Positions 38,853-59,296 of a stretch of DNA of 64,000 bases are shown here, one piece after another. A program made the translations under genes and the position numbers. This DNA is from the human T2T-CHM13v2.0 reference genome, Homo sapiens. The notes under the pieces are model-generated. The model searched no databases. It saw only the letters and a program-made list of their open reading frames with translations, and was not told the DNA's origin. The stretch is taken from the NCBI RefSeq assembly GCF_009914755.1, contig NC_060933.1; one strand, 5' to 3'. Numbering within the stretch: the first letter of the stretch is position 1; each line of letters opens with the position of its first letter.

Positions 38853-39079
38853 TCAAAAAGCAAACAAACAAACAAAAAATTAACTGAGCGTAGGAGCATG
38901 TGCCTGTAGTCCTAGCTGCTTGGGAGGCTGAGGTGGGAGGATTTCTTGAGCCTGAGAGGTCCAGGCTGCTGTGAGCTGCAATCATGCCACTATATTCAAG
39001 CCTGGGCAACAGAGTCCCTGTCTCAAAAAAAAAGTTAAATAAAATAATGAGGGTGTGATTTCAGTAACATATACTATGA

Positions 39080-39253
<174 letters not shown>

Positions 39254-39732
39254 TAGGACTATAGGCGTGTGCCCCCACACCTGGCTAATTTTTGTATTTT
39301 TTTGTAGAGCTGAGCTTTCGCCATGTTGCCTAGGCTTGTCTCGAATTCCTGAGCTCTAGTTATCCTCCAGCCTCGGCCTCCTGAAGTGTTGGGATTACAG
39401 GCGTGAGCCACCGTTCCTGGACAGTATTCTCATTTTAAACAAACATACGTTGGAGGATATAAAATATGTAGTATCCTTATATTGCTAATGAAAATTAAGG
39501 TAAAATTGACAGCTCACTGTGAGGTGGTTTTATTTTTTTTGAGCTAACAACTCTCACTTATAAGCTGTATAGCACTGGCCAAGTTACTCATCTCCTGACC
39601 CCAAGTTTCTTTATCTGATGACGCTTGACTTGAGTTTCAGAGTTATAGGTACATGTAGACCTAAATGTGAAAGACAAGACTTTAACACTCTTAGAATATA
39701 AAGTAGACCATTTTTATGTCCTTGAGTAGGGA

Positions 39733-39763
<31 letters not shown>

Positions 39764-40105
39764 ATGGAGTCTCGCTCTGTCCCCAGGCTGGAGTGCAGTG
39801 GCGTGATCTTGGCTCACTGCAAGCTCTGCCTCCTGCCTCAGCCTCCAGAGTAGCTGGGACTACAGGTGCCTGCCACCATGCCCGGCTAATTTTCTGTATT
39901 TTTTTTTAGTAGAGACGGGGTTTCACTGTGTTAGCCAGGATAGTCTGGATCTCCTGACATCGTGATCCACCCGCCTTGGCCTCCCAAAGTGCTGGGATTA
40001 CAGGCGTGAGCTACCGTGCCCAGCCTGACCTTGTCTCTTAAAAAAAAAAGATTGGAGGGCAAGTTACAGGATAAGAGAATATATTTACATGCTCTTGTGC
40101 AGATA

Positions 40106-40107
<2 letters not shown>

Positions 40108-40144
<37 letters not shown>

Positions 40145-40150
40145 TCTCTC
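40108..40150. repeat. (CT)n microsatellite, once interrupted
   Basis: ctctctctc...tgtctctctc run; a shorter (CT)n lies at 59281-59297. Confidence 0.9.
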
Positions 40151-40189
40151 TGTATATGCCTACATATACACATACACATCGAAGAGTAT

Positions 40190-41770
<1,581 letters not shown>

Positions 41771-41844
41771 AGATTGTTTTAGGCCAGGCACGGTGGCTCA
41801 TGCTTGTAATCCCAACACTTTGCGAGGCAGAGGTGGTCGGATCA

Positions 41845-42306
<462 letters not shown>

Positions 42307-42716
42307 CTATTTTAATTTAATTTAATTTATTTGTTTATGAGATGGACTGTCACCCAGACTGGAGTGCAGTGGTGTGATCTTGGCTCACTGCAGTCTCCAC
42401 CTCCTGGGTTCAAAGTGATTCTCCTGCCTCAGCCTCTCGAGTACCTGGGATTACAGGTGCCTGTCACCACGCCCGGATAATTTTTGTATTTTTAGTGGAG
42501 ATCAGGTTTTACCATACTGGCTAGGCTGGTCTAGAACTCCTGGCCTCAAGTGATTTACCCATCTTGGCCTCCCAAAGTGCTAAGGTTACAGGTGTGAGCC
42601 ACTACGGCTGGCTGTTACCTTCTACTTTTAAATCCTATCAATATGTATTTTTGGTCTTAATGTTTTCTGGATCTTTTCACTCTTAGTAATTAAGTACTTA
42701 AATACTGCAGGCAAAC

Positions 42717-42923
42717 ACTGGTGTGCTGAGGCACCTTATACTGGCATTTGAGAGTTGATAGTGCACATCTCTTCCCAGCTGCTTATGTAGTGATGTCACG
42801 TTGGTAGGTTCAGATTGGCCATGGTGGGAGTACTATGCCATGGACACAGGTAAAAGCTACAAATCAAGGTTTCCTCCACCTTTCTGGAAAGCTGGTTATT
42901 AAAGATCTACTAGCATACCGCTG
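42717..42923. mobile_element. MER63A-like hAT-Blackjack element
   Basis: cactggtgtgctg...gtgcacatctcttccc...gatgtcacgttggtag...ggccatggtgggagta...gctacaaatcaagg...tagcataccgctg, with TIR-like ends. Confidence 0.75.
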
Positions 42924-43320
42924 TGCTATCGCCATATTGTGTGAGAAGTCTATAAAGAATATAATGTTGGCCGGGCGTGGTGGCTCACGCCTGTAATCCC
43001 AACAATTTGGGAGGCCGAGACGGGTGGATCATGAGGTCAGGAGTTCAAGACCATCCTGGCCAAGATGGTGAAACCCTGTCTCTACTAAAAATACAAAAAT
43101 TAGCTGGGCGTGGTGGCAGGCGCCTGTAATCCTGGCTACTTGGGAGCCTGAGGTGGGAGAATCGCTTGAACCCAGGGAAGCGGAGGTTGCAGTGAGCTGA
43201 GATCGTGCCACTGCTCCCCAGCCGAGTAACAGAGTGAGACTCCGTCTCAAAAAAAAAAAAGAATATAATGTTGACTATGTATTTACTTATTTTTCTCATA
43301 ATAATATAAACAGCACATAG

Positions 43321-43624
<304 letters not shown>

Positions 43625-44086
43625 TGATCCGCCTGCCTTGGCCTCCCAAAGTGCTGGAATTACAGGTGTGTGCCACTGCGCCCTGCCAATTTCATCTATT
43701 GAGAGGCAGGTTAACATAATCGCTCAGTGTGAATTCAAACTGTTTTAATTAGAATTTCAGCTCAAGTAGTCTTTAGCCATTTTAACTTCAAATTATTTTA
43801 CTTCTGTGTGTCTTTCAATTTTATCTTTAAAATCAAGATGTTAATAGTACCTACTCAAAATGAGTTTAATACAAGTACAGTGTTTGGGATAGTGAGTACT
43901 CAATAAATTTTGCTATTGAATAACATCATATTGCTTTATTGCAAATATTCATCTTTTTTTTTTTTTTTACACATTTGTCATAGAGATACTGAGAAATTCT
44001 TCAGTTGTAGTTTATCAGAATACTTAAAAGCTAAATTACTTGGAGTATTTTCAAGATGATATTTTATTTCATTATTTTATTTTTAG

Positions 44087-44262
44087 GTGATTCCTCCTAA
44101 GGAGTGGAAGCCAAGACAGTGCTATGATGACATTGATAATTTGCTCATTCCAGCACCAATTCAGCAGATGGTCACAGGGCAGTCAGGACTGTTCACTCAG
44201 TACAACATCCAGAAAAAAGCGATGACTGTGAAGGAGTTCAGGCAGCTGGCCAACAGTGGCAA
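44087..44262 (+). CDS. KDM4C: KDM4C second coding exon (176 nt)
   Basis: ttttag| acceptor at 44085-44086. Translates [58 protein letters not shown] plus AA, in frame with the previous exon. Donor AA|GTGAGT at 44263. Confidence 0.97.
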
Positions 44263-44658
44263 GTGAGTAGAATCAGTTTGCTATTTCTGTTTCCTTCAAA
44301 GATTTATGTAAATATGTTAAGAAACAAAGTAGACAGAGGAGCTTATAAATGAAAAGCAGGAGTCTCCCATGCAATTTTTCACCCTTCATTGAACTGTTTC
44401 TGTTTTCTGTTCTTTAGGTGGTTGCTGAACATTTGACTTAAAGAAATTGCTCTTTATTTTATTATCTCGTTCCTAGCAGTTATAAGTGGAACTTCTTATC
44501 CTATAGTTGCCATGAGTTTTCGTTTCTACACATGATTCATGTTTGTTGGGCAGTTTTTTTGGTGTGTGTTTGATAATGTTTAAGCCTTAAATGATTTATA
44601 TGTATTAGAAGATTAGTACTTTTAAAAGCAAACCTTGAATGACTTGAAAGGCCACCAT

Positions 44659-47454
<2,796 letters not shown>

Positions 47455-49707
47455 ATTATTATTATTAAACTTCTTTTAAAAAATTCTGATATGATAATTA
47501 AGGCCCCAGATGAAAGCATAAATCTTACAAAAACAAAATAAAAAAACCTGAAAGACCAACAAAAAATCATAGTTTCCAAATTCCCTGGATGGGTGTGAAT
47601 GAGATTAAGACTTTGAATGAATTTAGGTATCTTCCTTTAAAAAAATTATATTTGACATTGTAAGCACATGATGCTACTTGAAGACTCTTATTTCTGCATG
47701 TTAAATTCCTACTGTGGAACATTCTGGCTATTCCAAAGAAATTGAAAATTTTATATTTGATATAATTTGAATCATTTCTTTTGAATTTTTTGGGTTGGTA
47801 TTAATAGAGTTTTATTCTTTCAGATCTTATTAATCGAGAACATGAAACTTTCAACAAAGATTGGAAGCATTTTCTTTCAAACTCTTCCAGAATTCTTTTA
47901 TAAGTGCAATGCTGTTGAAACAAGATTGCAGAGGCAATTAAACCTGTTTACAAGTATAAACTATTGACTGTTTTCTGTTACTGTGTTTTAGTACCCATTT
48001 CCAGTGTCTCTCTTAAAGTGTTAATTGAATAGGTTAGGTCATTGAGTAGTAACTCTGCTTGGCTCCTTTGATATTTCAAGGGATACTTACTAAAAACTAT
48101 TGTTAATACTCTTGATAATTGTCATAACTGCCATAGGAAAGGTACAAAGTGCTATGAGGTTTCAAAGGAATACAAGGCTTCTGTGGTTGTTCATAAGGAA
48201 TGGGTAATTTCATTTTGTAGGCACTATTGAGATGGATTTTGAAGGATGGTCAGAAACATTTCTACCAGTTACAAAAGTAATATGTGCTTATTTAAAATTT
48301 CAAAAATAGGCTGGTTGTGGTGGCTCACACTTGTAATCCCAGCACTTTGGGAAGCCGAGGTAGGTGGAATGCTTGAACCCAGGAGTTCGAGACCAGCTGG
48401 ATAACATGGCAAAATCCAGTCTCTACAACAAATACAAAAATTAGCCAGGCAGGTGGTATGTGCCTGTAGTCTCAGGTACTCAGGAGGCTGAGGATTGCTT
48501 GTGCCTGGGAGGTTGATGCTACCGTGAGTCGTGATTGCACCGTTGTACTCCAGCCTGGGTGACAGAGCGAGACCCTGTCTTGAAAAAAATAAATAAAATT
48601 TCAAATATAGCCATATATAACTTTAACTCTAAGAGGCAATCATTGTTAGTATTACTTGGCAATTCAAAATATTATTAAGACTTGAGCCTTGAAGTTCTTT
48701 CTTCTCTTGTTATAAAGAAACTTTGATCATCCTCTCTAGCCCATTTGATTATTTCAGCATGGTATCGGTTTTCTACTTCAAGATAATTTTACTGAGTACA
48801 CATTTTATACATATCTCTGTTAAATTATTACTCTACTGACTTGGTTGTAGATTTACTCTTTCTGAAGATAGCCATTCAGGTGACATTGTTTTGTGTATCA
48901 CTGTGTACACAGTGCTTGGTATAGTATCTGGGATATGGTAGGTGCTTTTTCAAATGAATAAATAGTGTTATAAAAACTAAAATCCACTTAAAATGGTATA
49001 AATTTTTAGGCAAATTGTAAAGATTTACTTATTAACAGAATATACATTTCTTGACGTTCTGGGGTTTAGAGATGGTTTAAAAAATTTTTGGTTTTTTTTA
49101 AGTTGTAAAATGTAACCATTATGGGAAATTATTTGAAAAATTATTTCTAGCTTTAATTTTATTTCTTTTGAAGTTAATTTACGCTGGGTACAGTGGTTCA
49201 CGCTTGTAGTCCCAACACTTTGGGAGGCTGAGGTTGGAGAATTGCTTGAGCCAGGAGTTTCAAGACCAGCCTGGTCAACAAAGTGAGACCCTGTCTCTAC
49301 AAAAAATAAAAAATTAGCCATGCATGGTGGCATGTGTCTGTAGTCCCAGCTACTCGGGAGGCTGAGGCAGGAGGATTACTTGAGCCTGGGAGGCTGAGGC
49401 TTCAGTGAGTTGTGATTGCACCATTGCCCCCGAGCCTGGGTGACAAGAGCAAGACCCTGTCTCCAAAAAAATAAATAAATAAATAAATAAAGTTAATTGG
49501 TCTTTTGATTTGGACTAGTTTCATTATAATTGTTGTAATGTTAAACAACTTTTGAAATTCATATTTTTTGTATTTCTTCTGCCAGTTTCATGTAGAAATT
49601 TATTTCAAATGCCAAGGAAATGGATTTCTAAGCCTCAAGAACCAATGCTCTTACTTGTCAACACAGAGCTGTGCCAGGATCACCTGGTTGTGGAATGGTC
49701 ATGTTAG

Positions 49708-49980
<273 letters not shown>

Positions 49981-50557
49981 TGATCCGCCCACCTCGGCTT
50001 CCCAAAGTGCTGGGATCTTTCCATTCATCTGTTTTTCTTTAGCACCTGACCTGGCATTGGTGCACCGTCTGTAATGTACTCAGTCTTAGCAGTAGAGATG
50101 ATGACATGCTCATTTGGTTGATAATGCAATGTAGTCCAAAGAAAACCTAGAGATTTCCGATATAACTCTAATATAAAAATTTATAATGGTAGGTAATATG
50201 AATCACATTACTGATGTGTACTTTCCTCTAGGCACAGAGCCAAGTGCTTTCCATAATTATCTGATGGAGCCCTCACAACAAGCTTCCTGTTTTTATCCCT
50301 ATTTTTTAGAAGAATAACTGAGTTCCAGAGAAATTCAGCCCCGTGTCTAGGGTTTTGTGGCTTATGAATGGAAGCCTGAGTTTAAACATGTGTAGCCTGG
50401 CCCTGGAGCTCACCTCTTAAGAACTGTACTGCAATGAGTGAGAGGTTCTGGGTAAGAAGATATGGTTGAATCAGTATCGGGCAAATTTACACTGGATTTG
50501 TGGAATAGCTGTGATTGTCCATTAGGAAGGACAGTCCATTAGGAAGGACTCTGATCA

Positions 50558-50905
<348 letters not shown>

Positions 50906-50997
50906 TCAGTTTCCAACAATCTTGGAGGTTTCTGTAGAAGTCCTAATAAACAGCATCTCTGCTATCTTCTCCTTTCTGATCATTCTGTGTTTTGGGG

Positions 50998-51308
50998 CAG
51001 TGGTCCCCAACCTTTTTGGCAAGGGACTGGTTTTGTGGAAGATAATTTTTCTATGGATGGGAGTGGTGGGATGGTTTCGGGATGAAACTGTCCTACCTCA
51101 GATCATCAGACATTAGGTTCTCATAAGGAGTGTGCAACCTAGACCCCTCACATGCACAGTTCACAACAGGGTTCATACTCCTATGAGAATCTAATGCCAC
51201 TGATCTGACAGGAGGTGGAACTCAGGCAGTAATGCTCACCTGCCACTGACCTCCTATGCATCCCTGTTCCTAACAGGCCGCGGACCCCTACTGGGGATTG
51301 GGGACCCA
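50998..51308. mobile_element. MER1B-like hAT-Charlie element
   Basis: cagtggtccccaacctttttggca...ggtttcgggatgaaactgtcctacctcagatcatcagacattag...ggggattggggaccc. Confidence 0.85.
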
Positions 51309-53222
51309 TTCTCCGGGAAATAGGGATGTACACCTGTCTCTGTCACCTGACTCTGATCTTTAGTTAGCTTGCTTAGCTTGTGCCTGGAATTCCCGATACT
51401 ACTGGAACCTACTAGCAGAAGTGGTGGAATGATGACAGATTAATAGTGCTTTCATGCTAATCCTTTTTATTAAAAACATTTTTAAGGCTGGGTGCGGTGG
51501 CTCACGCCTGTAAATCCCAGGAGTTGGGAGGCCGATGCAGGCGGATCACCTGAGGTCGGGAGTTCGAGACCAGCCTGACCAACATGGAGAAACCCCGTCT
51601 CTACTAAAAATACAAAATTAGCCAGTCATGGTGGTGCATGCTTGTAATCCCAGCTACTGGGGAGGCTGAGGCAGGAGAATCCCTTGAACCTGGGAGGCGG
51701 AGGTTTCAGTGAGCCGAGATCGTGCCGCTGTACTCCAGCCTGGGCAACAAGAGTGAGACCGTCTCAAAACAAAACAGAAGAAAAACATTAAAAAAAAAAT
51801 TTTTAATTCTTTAGAAAATAGAGGGTCTCACTACCTAGGCAGACCTTGAACTCCTGAGCTCAAATGATCTTCCTGCTTTGGGCTCCCAAAATGCTGGGAT
51901 TATAGCCACCATGCCCATCCCATGCCCATCCTTTTTATTTTTGACTGTGCTTTATATTCTAGTGTTCTGGGTAAATTCAAATTGTTCTATGTTTTAAATA
52001 CAGTTGTTAAATTAAGTTGTTTGGTATTTTGAATACAGTTGTTCCATTATTTGGTATTCTTGTTACACAGATAACTAGTTTGGGGTCCCCAGTATAGTGA
52101 GTGTAGATGTCGGTTATTCTGTAGTCAATCTAAAATGTCCAGTATGCTTTATAGGGATTCTACTACTGCTAAATACCTTTTTAACTTTGCTTCATTATAT
52201 TCTCATTTGTTTCTTTCTTTGCTTATTTTCTTCCTGAAGAAACATTGGTATTCCTTTTATGTGGTGAGATTATTGTTCAAATTCCTAATAATACAGAGAA
52301 GTAAGTGCTTTTCTGTAATTTCTATGTGAGAGATAACCATTAATAATTTGGTGTACATTTCTTTCTAATGACTTAATATACAATTACAGGTTTTTTAAAC
52401 TGTAAATAGGATATAGTATACACACTATTATGTAACCTGATTTATTCACTGTGGATAGAATTTGATGTCAGTATCTTGAAAGAGCTATCTTGTTTTATAT
52501 TCTGTATTTTTTTTAGCTAATTACTAGTTGATGGATATAAACTTGTATTTTCAATTAATGCTGCAGCAAACATCCTGGGTCAACTGTTATTGTACACATC
52601 TCTCTGTTGTTAGGGTGAATTTCTACATTTAGATTTTGGGTCAGATATGTCAATTTTTAAAAAGCTTTTTATATGTTTAGAAAAATTATATGCTGGAATG
52701 GTTTTGCCAGCTTATATTCCCACTCTAGTTGTCTAAGAGGTGTCATTATTTTCTTGCCATTAATATATTCAGCATTTACCAATATAATAACTGCAAAATA
52801 TCTTATTTTAACTTTACTTTCTTGGATTTTTAGTGAGATTATTGTTTGTCAGTGTTTCTCTAAGTGTTATGTCATTTTTATATAAATATGTAAAATTTCT
52901 TAGCATAGTATAGTTGATTAAAGATTTTAAAAATACTTTAAAGCTGAAATAATGACTTTTAAACTGCTTTTCTGCTTCTATTGTTGTTTTCGTGAAAGTA
53001 GTTTTCTAATAAAATGTAAAGTAATATTGAGTATTCAGCAATCTTAAGACTATTCAGATAGCTATGTAAATCAGTTTGTATGTTTACTTGTTAGAATTGA
53101 CAACATGCAGTATTTTCGTTTTGGTAGGATTTTGTTTTAGAAAGTGATTTAAATCAATTTGGTGGGAAAAACCCTAAAACTGACTTACTGGTTTGTACAT
53201 TTTTGTCATCTACCTTTTACAG

Positions 53223-53337
53223 ATATTGTACTCCAAGATACTTGGATTACGAAGATTTGGAGCGCAAGTACTGGAAGAACTTAACTTTTGTGGCACCTAT
53301 CTATGGTGCAGATATTAATGGGAGCATATATGATGAG
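53223..53337 (+). CDS. KDM4C: KDM4C third coding exon (115 nt)
   Basis: CTGAC branch-point motif at 53180-53184 and acceptor ttttacag at 53221-53222. Completes the Lys codon, then [38 protein letters not shown]. Donor GAG|GTACAT at 53338. Cumulative CDS 435 nt = 145 codons. Confidence 0.97.
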
Positions 53338-54195
53338 GTACATTCATATTTACAGTGAGTTTTGTAAAGATCATTGGATGTGACAGTTTTGTTACCATTT
53401 AAGCAGTTTAGAGGTGTTCTTTTGTTGTGCTTTTGGGTGATCCATAATTCCTCAAAGGACAACAGGAAATATTCATCAGTAGGATTTCTGCTGCTGGTAT
53501 TTTTCAAACTGAAGCTAGATAATTGTACAAATACCTGAAATTGTTCAGTAGTAACATGGTATGTGGTTATCTGGCTGATCTTTTCATTACATTAAAACTT
53601 TTTAAAGCAAAAATACATTATAAAAATGTTTGGAAAACAGGAAATATGATGCATCATACTGACACCTTAAAGCAGAAGCAGTATTTTAGATATATTTTTC
53701 CAGTACTTTCCCTCAATCATTAAAAAAATGTTATATTTGAACAGGCTTATATTGTCCTTTTTTTCACAGACAAATTGTAATATATATATATATTTTTAAA
53801 AAGTACATGTTATTACAGTCTAGCCATTTTAATGGTGGCGTAATTCATTGGTTATATTCTAATTCTTTTTGCCTTTTCCTGATATTTTAAAACCCTAATT
53901 CTAAAAGTTCTTTGTCTTTTGAAACCTTCTATGCCCTCTCTCATTATTTTCTTTTTTAATTTATTATTTCTTGAAATATTTATTTCAAAACATACAGGGT
54001 CTCAGTATATTGCCCTGGCTGGTCTTGAACTCCTGAGCTCAAGAGATCTAACTGCCTCGGCCTCCTAAAGTGCTGAGATTAGAGGTGTGAACCACCAGGC
54101 CTGGCCCATTATTTTCTTTCGAAAAATTTCTTATCTACTGAAAGGTGGAACTAGTGCAATACACACCTGGATACCATTCACTTAGGTTCACCAGT

Positions 54196-54430
54196 ACAGG
54201 TTAAGCATCCTTCATCCAGAAATCCAAAATCTAAATGCTCCAGTGAGCATTTCCTTTGAGCATGACCTTTGAGCATCGTGTTGAAACTCAGAAAGTTTGG
54301 GATTTTGGAGCATTTTGGAAGGGATGCTCAACCTGTAAGTATAATGCAAATACTCCAAAATGGGGAAAAATCTGACATCTGAAATACCTCTGGGCCCAAG
54401 CATTATGGGTAAGGGATACTTGATCTATAG
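54196..54430. mobile_element. Tigger4/MER46-like element
   Basis: tacaggttaagcatcc...aaatgctccagtgagcatttcctttgagcat...ggattttggagcatttt...gggatgctcaacctgta. Confidence 0.75.
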
Positions 54431-55815
54431 TTAATATTTTGCCACATTTGCTTAATGTTTCTTTGTGTCTCTTTATCTCTGTTTCTATCTGTCTGTCTTT
54501 CTGTCTTTGATGTATGATGCAGGCATCACGATAGTTCACCCTGAATTATATAAGCATGTATCTTTTAATGACAAGAGAGTTTAACATTTATATAATATTA
54601 TCTAGTGTATAGACCATATTCAAATTTTCCCAGTAATGTTATAACTGTCCCCCCGCCCTCCTTTAAGGATTCAGTCAAGGATTCCCCTTTGTAACTAATA
54701 AGTGATCTATGGGGTATACTCAAATATTAGCTGACTATCTGTCCCCAACAGCCTTTCATTCAGTGGATTTGGCATCTATGGCATTCATTCATAATCCTTG
54801 CCTTAATTCCATTATTATATTATTTTAAAACCTTTTTTATTTTGAAATATAAAACAAGCTAGAAAGTGCATAGAACATAAACCTAGAGCTTTATGAATTA
54901 TTGTAAAGTGAACACCTGTGTACCATTTCTGACACTGAGGAAAACATTACCAGCACCGTAGAATTCCCTTACCTGCCCTATTACCTACTATAGGCTCCCC
55001 TTTTCCTCCAAAGGTAACTAGATCTTCTGACTTGAAGGTAATCATTTTCTTCTTTTGTTTAACAGTACAGCTCAGTGTGGCCTGTTTCTGAATTTTATAT
55101 AACTAGAATCATTCAGTGTGCATTCTTTTATGTCTGGCTTCTTATACTTCATACCTTATACCTTCTTATATACCTTATATATACATGGTTAGCTTTAGAA
55201 GAAAACATTTTTTCCAGCTTACACTTCCTATAGCAATGTTTTCAAGTTTCCTTTGCCCCACATCCTCCCTAACACTCGATATTGTCATTTCTTTAATTTT
55301 AGCCACTCTGTTGGTGTGTGTAGTCGTATCTTTTGGTTTTAAGTTGCATTATGATTTTTTCCCCTTATGTTCACTGAATGTTTGGATTTCCCCTTTAGTG
55401 AAGTCTCTTATACACTTCTTTTTTGTCATGCTTTTCTTTTTCTTTTTTTTTTGGCTTAAGTTCCCTTTTCTGTGGTTTTAGTGATTCTTACTGGTTTATA
55501 CTTCTTTATATATCCTGCGTATGAGGTAGTAGCACAATTTCAAATATGAATTTTTAATTGCTGAACACTTATTTCAAAGACGATTCTTATTTTTGAAGAT
55601 ATATGATATTGTAGAATTGTCATATTGGATGGAATGATGGCTATGTAATTTTCTTAATTTATCAATTAAAGATGCATATTGAAGGATATATGATTGAAAT
55701 AACACGAGGGTTGGGATTTGTTTTTCAGTTACTTAAGAAAATAAAGTTGAATGGATATAGATGAAAGAAGATTGGCCCCTCCCCCGCTCCCCCCCCCCAC
55801 TTTTTTTTTTTTTGA

Positions 55816-55953
<138 letters not shown>

Positions 55954-58900
55954 TAGCTAATTTTTAAAATGTTTTTTGTAAAGACAGGGTCTTCCTATGT
56001 TGCCCACGCTGGTTTCAAACTCCTGGGCTCAAGCGATCCTCCCTCTTCAGCTTCCCAAAGTGTTGGGATTACAGGTGTGAGCCACTGTGCCCAGCCCAGC
56101 AAAATATTTATAATTGAAGCTAGTTGACAGACTGGTGTTTTAAATACGTATATGTTTGAAATAGTAAAAATAAAAGTTAAAAAAATAGCCTTTCCTCATT
56201 CTGCATCTGAATTTTTACTAGTATAAGTAATCTCTATGTTGAGAATGTATTGTTTATTAAAGTAGTATATGTACATGTAGGAAAATGGAAAAATACAGAA
56301 AAACGTGAAGAAGAGAATAAAAAATTGCTCATAAGGTTATCAAACAGGAATAACCTTTTTTTTTTTGAGACAGAGTCTCACTCTGTAGCCCAGGCTGGAG
56401 TGCAGTGGCGCTATCTTGGCTCACTGCAACCTGTGACTCCTTGGTTTAAGCTATTCTCCTGCCACAGCCTCCCAAGTAGCTGGGATTACAGGCACGTGAC
56501 ACCATGCCCAGCTAATTTTTGTATTTTTAGTAGAGACGGGGTTTCACCATCTTGGCCAGGTTGGTCTCGATCTCCTGACCTTGTGATCTGCCTACCTCAG
56601 CCTTCCAAAGTGCTGGGATTACAGGTGTGAGCCACCGCACCCTGCCCAGGAATATCCTTTTTATGATTTCCTTTTGGTCTTTCTGTTTTATGTGAGTGTA
56701 TGTATATATGCATGCCTGTGATTGCATGCGTGTTCATGTTTACCACCAAAGAGTTGAGAAGGTTTTTACAGTTTTTTGACTTTTGAAACATTTCCAATAT
56801 TGCTTTCCAGAAGGATCATTTCAGTTTCTTTTAGCACAAGCCACATCTAGACTACCAATTTCAAATCGTACCTTGTATTAAATGGTGGATTTTTGTTCGT
56901 TTCAGTTTCAAGTGTATTGTTTGCTGATTTATTCTTTAGCAATAATAAATTTCTTATGAGCTAAATGTAAGTTTAGCTGTTGTGGGCAAGTCATTAGATG
57001 TTGCCCATAGGCAGGGGCAAGTTATGCACATGTGTGATAAAGGTGAGGGCTCAGAGAGAGGCCAAGAGCAGGTTCTAGTGCTTAGAGCAATTGTCTGGGA
57101 AGGGTGTGGCAGCAAGTAGGACATGTAGGAAATTGATGGTGAGGGATGTGGGCAGATGGGAGTGGGCATATTGAAAACATTTGTGTGGGTCCCGTATCTT
57201 TATGCTCTTACCAGTAGGCTTCCTTAAGGAATGTGGCATCTTGCCTTGTTAAACCAGCTTCTGTGCGATTTCCATTGGAATGGGTGAGGCAGCTTAAGTA
57301 CTGTTGGCCTTTTACACTTAACAAAACATGGGGCCCAGAGAGGGTCAAGTGCTTTTCCAAAGTTGGGAGGCTAGTAAAAGGGCCATGACACGCTCTTATC
57401 CCCCACACCAGTATTAGAGAAGTCATTATGCATAGTCAGTCTCATAGTTGTGGAAATATGTAAAACTAGGTCTTTGTCAACTAGATATTGCCCCTGAGCT
57501 GATGGGTATATTTTGTACTTTCTCCATAGTTTCTTCCTGTGCGTTGTAACCTGGCAAATGTTCAGGCTTCTGAGAAGAAGGTTGAGCTGATGGGTCATCC
57601 AGATCCTGGCCTGAAAGTTGCATGTCTGAGTGCTTGAAAATAAAATAAAACTCAATCTTAAGTTTTTTTTCTTTTAAGATAATTAACCTTTTTGTTCCCT
57701 TATTTTTGTATATATGATTAAGAGTTAGAAGCAGCATGTTTGGGAACATTTTCAGAAAAATTGATACAAAAATGTCCTGAATTAGCTGTATGTATTTGGT
57801 AGTGAAATAGCATAAGCATTGACTGTAAAGATGAGGTTGATGGACTTTGGTTTGCAGTGCTTATCAATTTACTGCTTGTGTTTGAAAGCCATTTACTCAT
57901 TGGCATTTCTTCAAGGGAACATTGACTTTAGACTTCAGATTTGTGTAACTTTTGTTATTAAAATCCAATGAACAAAATCCACTGGTTTGTAAACACGCAG
58001 TTTTAAAACATCCTCATCGTTTACAGGTTTTAGAGCTGGGAATGTATCATTTTGGTAGGACCTACAAGGCAGTATTTTATAGAATTTCTGCAGGCTGTGT
58101 GGAAGCATTTAGCAGCTCCTGAGTTGGACTGACATTTTCATGCTTTTGTAGCATAAGGAAAGACATGAGAGGAGTGTTGTAAACTGCTTCTGGTAAACAA
58201 AACCAATCACACTCAAGACACCTAAATTCAACAAATGAGAAATAACTTGTATTTACCCGCCTTGAGGTAGACAAAGAATAACAAAAGAAAAGAGTGCATT
58301 AAAGGGCATGATGTAGAGTGAGTGTAATAATTGCTTACTGTCAGGAATGTTTGAATTCATTGTAATGAATGTGCATTTAAAAAGCCCATGGATTGTTTTG
58401 CTGTTGACTGTATTATCTTTATATTGTTTAATTCTTTAGTTCAGTATTTAAATTGTACCAAGAACTGGTTTCTCGTGGTTCATGGCATTATTTTGAAACG
58501 AATTATAGAGTCATCAAATTGCAGTTTCCTTTTTCCTTGAATTTCTAGTGGTAGCTATTTACCTTAATCTTAAAAGAATGGTAAGAAAATCGTAGCCGTT
58601 TTTTGGTGGGGGTGGGAGTTCTTGGAGAGGGTATGGGGAGATAAGAGAAGTAATTTGTGCAAGGTGCAAAGATGGATACGAATCCTGCTTCTCAAGTAGT
58701 TCATAGACTTTGTGGGGTGGAGGGACAGTTGGTGCAGTGGGCTTGACTCTTTGCAGCCTGCGGGAGAGGCAATATGAGCAGGCCTGCATTCAAGTAAGAC
58801 TTTCTGGAGTGGGGACGACATCTGAACTTGGCTTTGATGACTAAGTTCCAGTGAAAGGAGAGAGAGTGAAAGGTGGGACCAGAGCTAGGTAAATTGAAGG

Positions 58901-59296
58901 GTGAGACCACACCTAACAGTGTCAGTATTTTTGCTGAAATTGCAGGTTGTTTGCTGAGCAGGAGCATAGGAGGGTGAGGAAAAACTCGAATAGCAGCTGT
59001 GGGATATGGGAGAGGGGCCTGAGACAGGGCTGTGGTCCTGGGTCGTGGATCTGACCCATGGCCCCACAGCAGCCCCACCTGCTTTGTTCCAGAGTCTGAA
59101 TTTTGTCTCTTAGCCCCAGGCAAATCTTTTAAGGAGCAGAGAAGGTGCCATGGTAGTTTTGATCCAGCTGGGATATAGCATAGGAATTAGGGGTGAGGGT
59201 GTTTTTAAAGGACTAGATCAGAATAGTCATCCTCGACAGAAGAGGGAGAGGGCCTGGAAATCCCCTGGCTTGTGTCTTGATCTCTCTCTCTCTCTC